Origin: Massalongia carnosa
Taxonomy: Eukaryota
NCBI GenBank assembly: GCA_965645245.1
Contig: OZ287070.1
Coordinates: 1,054,001 to 1,118,000, forward strand
Length of the DNA stretch: 64,000 nucleotides
Reading direction: 5' to 3'
The stretch's first letter is position 1. Each line of letters opens with the position of its first letter. The notes under the pieces were generated by a model. The model ran no database searches, was not told where the DNA came from, and saw only the letters and a program-made list of their open reading frames with translations. Below, piece after piece: positions 60,070 through 64,000 of this stretch. Both the position numbers and the translations under genes were made by a program.

Positions 60070-61710
60070 ATGATGAGAACCATTGCCTCCAAGGTCAAGC
60101 CGGCCATTTTCATCACTCTCCACGATGATCAGCAAGACTCGTTCGTCCCCACGTACACGTCATTGGATAAAATCCGAGGAGATGTTGCCATCATTCCCAA
60201 ATACGATACAAGCTTTGAGGAGATCTATGTCACGTTTGAAGGGACCACTAAAACCTTTGTCGAGAAGATCGCCACCTCATCGCCCGCCAATGGACGAACC
60301 GAAGCCTTTCAGGTATTTCTCCGCCTGATGATGCCCATGGACGGCGAAGCTCTGCCAGCATCTCGGGTGCTGGAAGCCGGGCGGACCTACAAGTTTCCGT
60401 TTACCTTCGTCGTTCCGGAAAAATTACTGCCACAGTCGTGCAATCACGGATATGTCGACAACGACATCAAAGAATCTCATCTGAAACTCCCACCAAGCCT
60501 AGGGGATCCAATGACGGCCAGCCTAGGGAAGACGCTTTTGAACGACATGGCGCCAGATATGGGGACCATCTCGTATGCAATCAAAGCCAGAGTTATCCAC
60601 GGCAAAGGCAAATCAGGAAAGCAACTTGTTTTTGCCGAAAACTCCAAACGGCTCCGAATCGTGCCTGCCGTCGATGAGCAGCGTCCCATGCCGGTGTTTG
60701 GGGGCCTTCGAGATGATTATAGGCTGAGGCAGGAAAAGGAAATCAAGAAGGGAATCTTCAAGGGCAAGCTTGGCTGCTTCACGATGGAGTCCTCCCAGCC
60801 AAAGAGCCTACGGCTCCCACCACTTCACTCCGATACCTCCTGCCCGGTCACGACCATGGCCACGGTCAATGTCCGGTTCGATCCTGCGGATGAGAGCGTT
60901 CAACCGCCTACGTTATCCAGCCTCAGCACTAAACTCAAGGTAGCAACCTTCTTCTCCACTTTACCAATGACCAGCATCCCTTCCAAAACCACCGATTTCC
61001 ACTACAACAGCACCAAAGGGGTTTTGGTTGAAACCATTCCGCTTTCCTCGCTATGCGTCGCGTCGGCGCAATGGGAACTCCATTCGCCGAACACCCCCAT
61101 TCGCCGCGATTCTGCATTTTCCACCGTCTCAAAGCCCACCATACCGGAACCATCCTCCTCGTATGGCGGCAGAACATTCTATACCGCTCAGATCCTTGTC
61201 CCCATCACCTTACCCAAAGGCAACAAAGTTTTCGTGCCTAGTTTTCATTCTTGCCTCATCTCTCGCCTCTACGCTCTCGACTTTCACCTTACCATCAAAG
61301 CTCCCAGCGCCACCATGACCGCTCCCACCATGCATATCAAGGTTCCCATTCAGATCTCCATGGCGGCCAAGCCGGACGCACGACCGTCCATCTCGGCTCA
61401 AGAAGCCGAAGCCATTGCCACGAGGGAAGCCAACGACTTTTTCGTACCTCGAACACGCCCCTTCTCCGAGCGAGGGTATATCTCGGCAGAACCTCCAAGC
61501 CCAGAATACTCGGAGTTGGAAGAGGATGTCACGAACGGACCCTCCAGCCCAGATTATACAGAATACGCACGGCTGGTAAGGCGCCTCACCACAAGCGAGA
61601 GTCTGGAAGAAAGCATATCGCCACCGACGTATTCGGCATCGTCCCAAAGAAACGGTCGCATACGAACGGGCATGATGATGCCCATGGGGACGCCACAAAT
61701 TCGGTATTAG
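60070..61710 (+). CDS. Arrestin-like (alpha-arrestin/Bul1-type) ubiquitin-ligase adaptor
   Basis: 546-aa ORF with YTSLDKIRGDV, YKFPFTFVVPEKL, HLKLPPSLGD, DMAPDM..ISYAIKAR and VPSFHSCLISRLY, and C-terminal PY-like motifs (SPEY, SPDY, PPTY). Confidence 0.85.
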   Translation: MMRTIASKVKPAIFITLHDDQQDSFVPTYTSLDKIRGDVAIIPKYDTSFEEIYVTFEGTTKTFVEKIATSSPANGRTEAFQVFLRLMMPMDGEALPASRVLEAGRTYKFPFTFVVPEKLLPQSCNHGYVDNDIKESHLKLPPSLGDPMTASLGKTLLNDMAPDMGTISYAIKARVIHGKGKSGKQLVFAENSKRLRIVPAVDEQRPMPVFGGLRDDYRLRQEKEIKKGIFKGKLGCFTMESSQPKSLRLPPLHSDTSCPVTTMATVNVRFDPADESVQPPTLSSLSTKLKVATFFSTLPMTSIPSKTTDFHYNSTKGVLVETIPLSSLCVASAQWELHSPNTPIRRDSAFSTVSKPTIPEPSSSYGGRTFYTAQILVPITLPKGNKVFVPSFHSCLISRLYALDFHLTIKAPSATMTAPTMHIKVPIQISMAAKPDARPSISAQEAEAIATREANDFFVPRTRPFSERGYISAEPPSPEYSELEEDVTNGPSSPDYTEYARLVRRLTTSESLEESISPPTYSASSQRNGRIRTGMMMPMGTPQIRY

Positions 61711-62192
61711 ATGGTGATGGAATGGAACTATTCTACTGTTGCTAGAATGAGCCACGATATACTAATGGAGCGAATTGTTCGAGGTTCCAAAGGGGTCAGC
61801 TTTGGGGTTTATGATTTTAAATGGATGCGAATACAGCATGATTTCAAGACAGTTTACTCCGTTCATATGCGACTGTGTGTGTATGTCTATCGTTTCTCTT
61901 CAAGTTTGTCGAATCTATCAACGGTCCCAAATGTGTTACACAACGTCAGGGTAAAGATGCCGTAAGGTGAATTGTGTTTAGATAAAGCTGCCCCTACGTG
62001 CCTCGAGCTTCTGATTCACTCGCACACACACAACACATATTTCTATCAGTGAATGTTCAAAGCCATTTATTACCATTCATCAATCGATTTATCTCCATCT
62101 TTCCTTCACTTTTGCCGGTAATTCGGTGCTCGAGTCCATTGCCAGCTCGAAGGGTTGCTAGGTACTTATCTTATCTCGCAAGCGGGGGCAGA

Positions 62193-63492
62193 ATGTTTGA
62201 CCTCCTCACTAGCCTCATCCGTCCGACCACTCCTTCCATTCGTCGCAATCCCACCACCCCCAAACCCGCCTCCCCGCCGCCAATGACAACGTCCAACATC
62301 CACGCTGCCGCCTCACAAGACGCTGGCCTGCCCATCTATGATGCAGACACCTTCCTCAATGAACCCTCCAACCAAGCCTTAGCCAATTCCGGCGCGTCCA
62401 AGAAGCGGATAGGCAGCGATGCCACCGCCGCAACGCAACCGGTCCAGCTGGCCTCGCCGCGCACTAGCTACGCGGTGTCGGCACTGCATCATCTTTGCCA
62501 AGAGCGCGGGCTGAAGATGGATTTCGAGATCGAGGGCGACAAGCATGGGTTCGGGGGATGGCTGAAGGTGGGCAATGAAATGATCGGCAGGGATGAGCGG
62601 TGGAGGTCGAAAAAAGATGCAAAGGAGGGCTTGGCGGAGAGGGGGCTGGAAGTGGTGAAGGCGATGCCGTTGAGGGGAAAAGTAACTGCAAGTTCGCAGG
62701 AGAACTGGATCGGCATGCTGCAAAGTACGATTGTTTCGGGAACAGCCCTACGCGTTCGGTACTAATTACTTCCTCTATCCAGATTTCTACCAAAGCTCCG
62801 TCATAACACTGGAAGGCGGGCCGGTCTATACCGAATTCGCCATCGGAATGAGTTTTGCCTGCACGTGCACCATCCCGGCGCGGGACGCGCCCTTCGGCTC
62901 CGACTCCCTTCCCTTCCCCACCAAGAAGGCGGCCCGGTTCAACGCCGCGCGAGAAGCGATGCAGTTCCTGATTGCGGAAGGCCTGACAGAGCCGGACGGG
63001 AGCGTGAAGGCGAAAAAGAAGGTGAAGGTGGGCACAGCGGTTAGGATTGGGGACAAGAGACTAGAGGTGAAGAAGGATGCTACATATGCGCAGAAGGTCA
63101 ATGGTGAGTTGATATTTCCCATTTTCTCTTTCCTGTGTCGTTCAGTCCACGTTCTTGACGTCCACATATGTCGCCCCTCCCACCCACTAAACCAATCCCC
63201 TTTCTTCCACTTAGAACTCTGCTCCGTCCTTTGCTTCCAGCCACCGACATATCACCTACAAGCCAGCTCCCCCGCGACGCCCAGCATGCTCAGCGGCTTC
63301 GCCAAGTTCTCAAACGAGCCGCTGTTTCCGGACCCGATCGGCGAGGTGCGCAATTTGTTTGGGAGGAAGGCGGCGAAGGAGGAATGTGCTAGAGGGGTGT
63401 GGAAAGTGTTGATGGCGGAGGCGGCGAAGAGGGGGGTGGGTGTTGGGATTGAGGACGAGGGGGATGGGGACGAGGGGATGGAGGGGATATAA
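62193..63492 (+). CDS. Protein with three double-stranded RNA-binding motif (DSRM)-like domains
   Basis: Three repeats of helix-strands-KKxA helix: ALHHLCQ..SKKDAKEGLA, WIGMLQ..TKKAARFNAA and KVNELC..GRKAAKEECA. Two introns (~62726-62782, ~63104-63215). Start is 62193 or 62283. Confidence 0.8.
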
Positions 63493-63636
63493 GGGGGTGA
63501 AAGGTGGGGGGAGGGGGGGGAGGGGAGGGCGCGGAGCAGGAGATGTCGATAAGCGATGAGGTAAATTTTATGCATTGAACGAAGAAGCAACAACAGCACA
63601 GAAAAGCCTGATAACGACGAAAGAAAAATAGGTGGC

Positions 63637-63671
63637 GAAGAAGAAGAAGAAGAAGAAGAAGAAGTAGAAGA
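63637..63671. repeat. (GAA)n microsatellite
   Basis: Read directly from the sequence. Confidence 0.85.
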
Positions 63672-63969
63672 AATTTGCCCTTTCTCACCATGCCCGAAAC
63701 CGCCGCCCCCTGAACGAGTTATCTATCTATCGTTCATCCTTTCGGTTAGTCCGTCGGTTGATCGGTTCGGCAGTTTACTTACCATAGGTAGGGCTCTGAA
63801 AATTTCGAAATTTTGACAAGGTCGCACGAAAATTTCATCACGTGTGCGCGCCAAGCATGAAATTTTCGAAATTTATTACTAAGCACATATACATATCTTG
63901 TAGATAGATCGATACCTCATTTTGATAGTCACTCTCATACATTTAAAGGTATCTTCCGATTTTATACTC

Positions 63970-64000
63970 ATGGCTCAACGCGGTGGAAGAAAGAAAAATT
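63970..64000 (+). CDS. Probable 5' start of a gene running off the window (MAQRGGRKKN...)
   Basis: ATG after a pyrimidine/AT-rich leader with a basic RGG-containing start; AAAATTT motifs upstream. Only 10 codons are visible. Confidence 0.35.
   Translation, partial: MAQRGGRKKN

Overview
Eukaryotic DNA from a filamentous ascomycete (Pezizomycotina-type short GT-AG introns with CTRAY branch sites; no prokaryotic features, no CRISPR). The first ~12.5 kb has no intact gene I can recognise, only decayed reading frames. The rest carries conserved genes: TDG/MUG DNA glycosylase, RRP7, a U2 snRNA, a two-TM PPxY protein, U5-40K WD40, BET3, the LisH regulator Som1/Flo8, a TM9SF nonaspanin, a multi-TM protein, an LDAH-type hydrolase, an arrestin-like protein and a triple-dsRBD protein. 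It also has a frameshifted trypsin-like peptidase and a large secreted Ser/Thr/Gly repeat protein. The most structured signal is in the mobile DNA. A composite Helitron (53621-58929, minus) consists of two related units joined exactly head-to-tail (CTCG|TC) in an A|T target. One unit has a Rep-deleted RepHel pseudogene interrupted by a 167-bp solo LTR (5-bp TSD); the other carries an unknown GGYL-repeat cargo. A 5'-truncated LINE with a perfect 14-bp TSD sits inside a palindrome-rich AT-rich relic next to U2. All calls are by eye and from recalled family motifs; no database searches were run, and I cannot claim a clearly new biological system.
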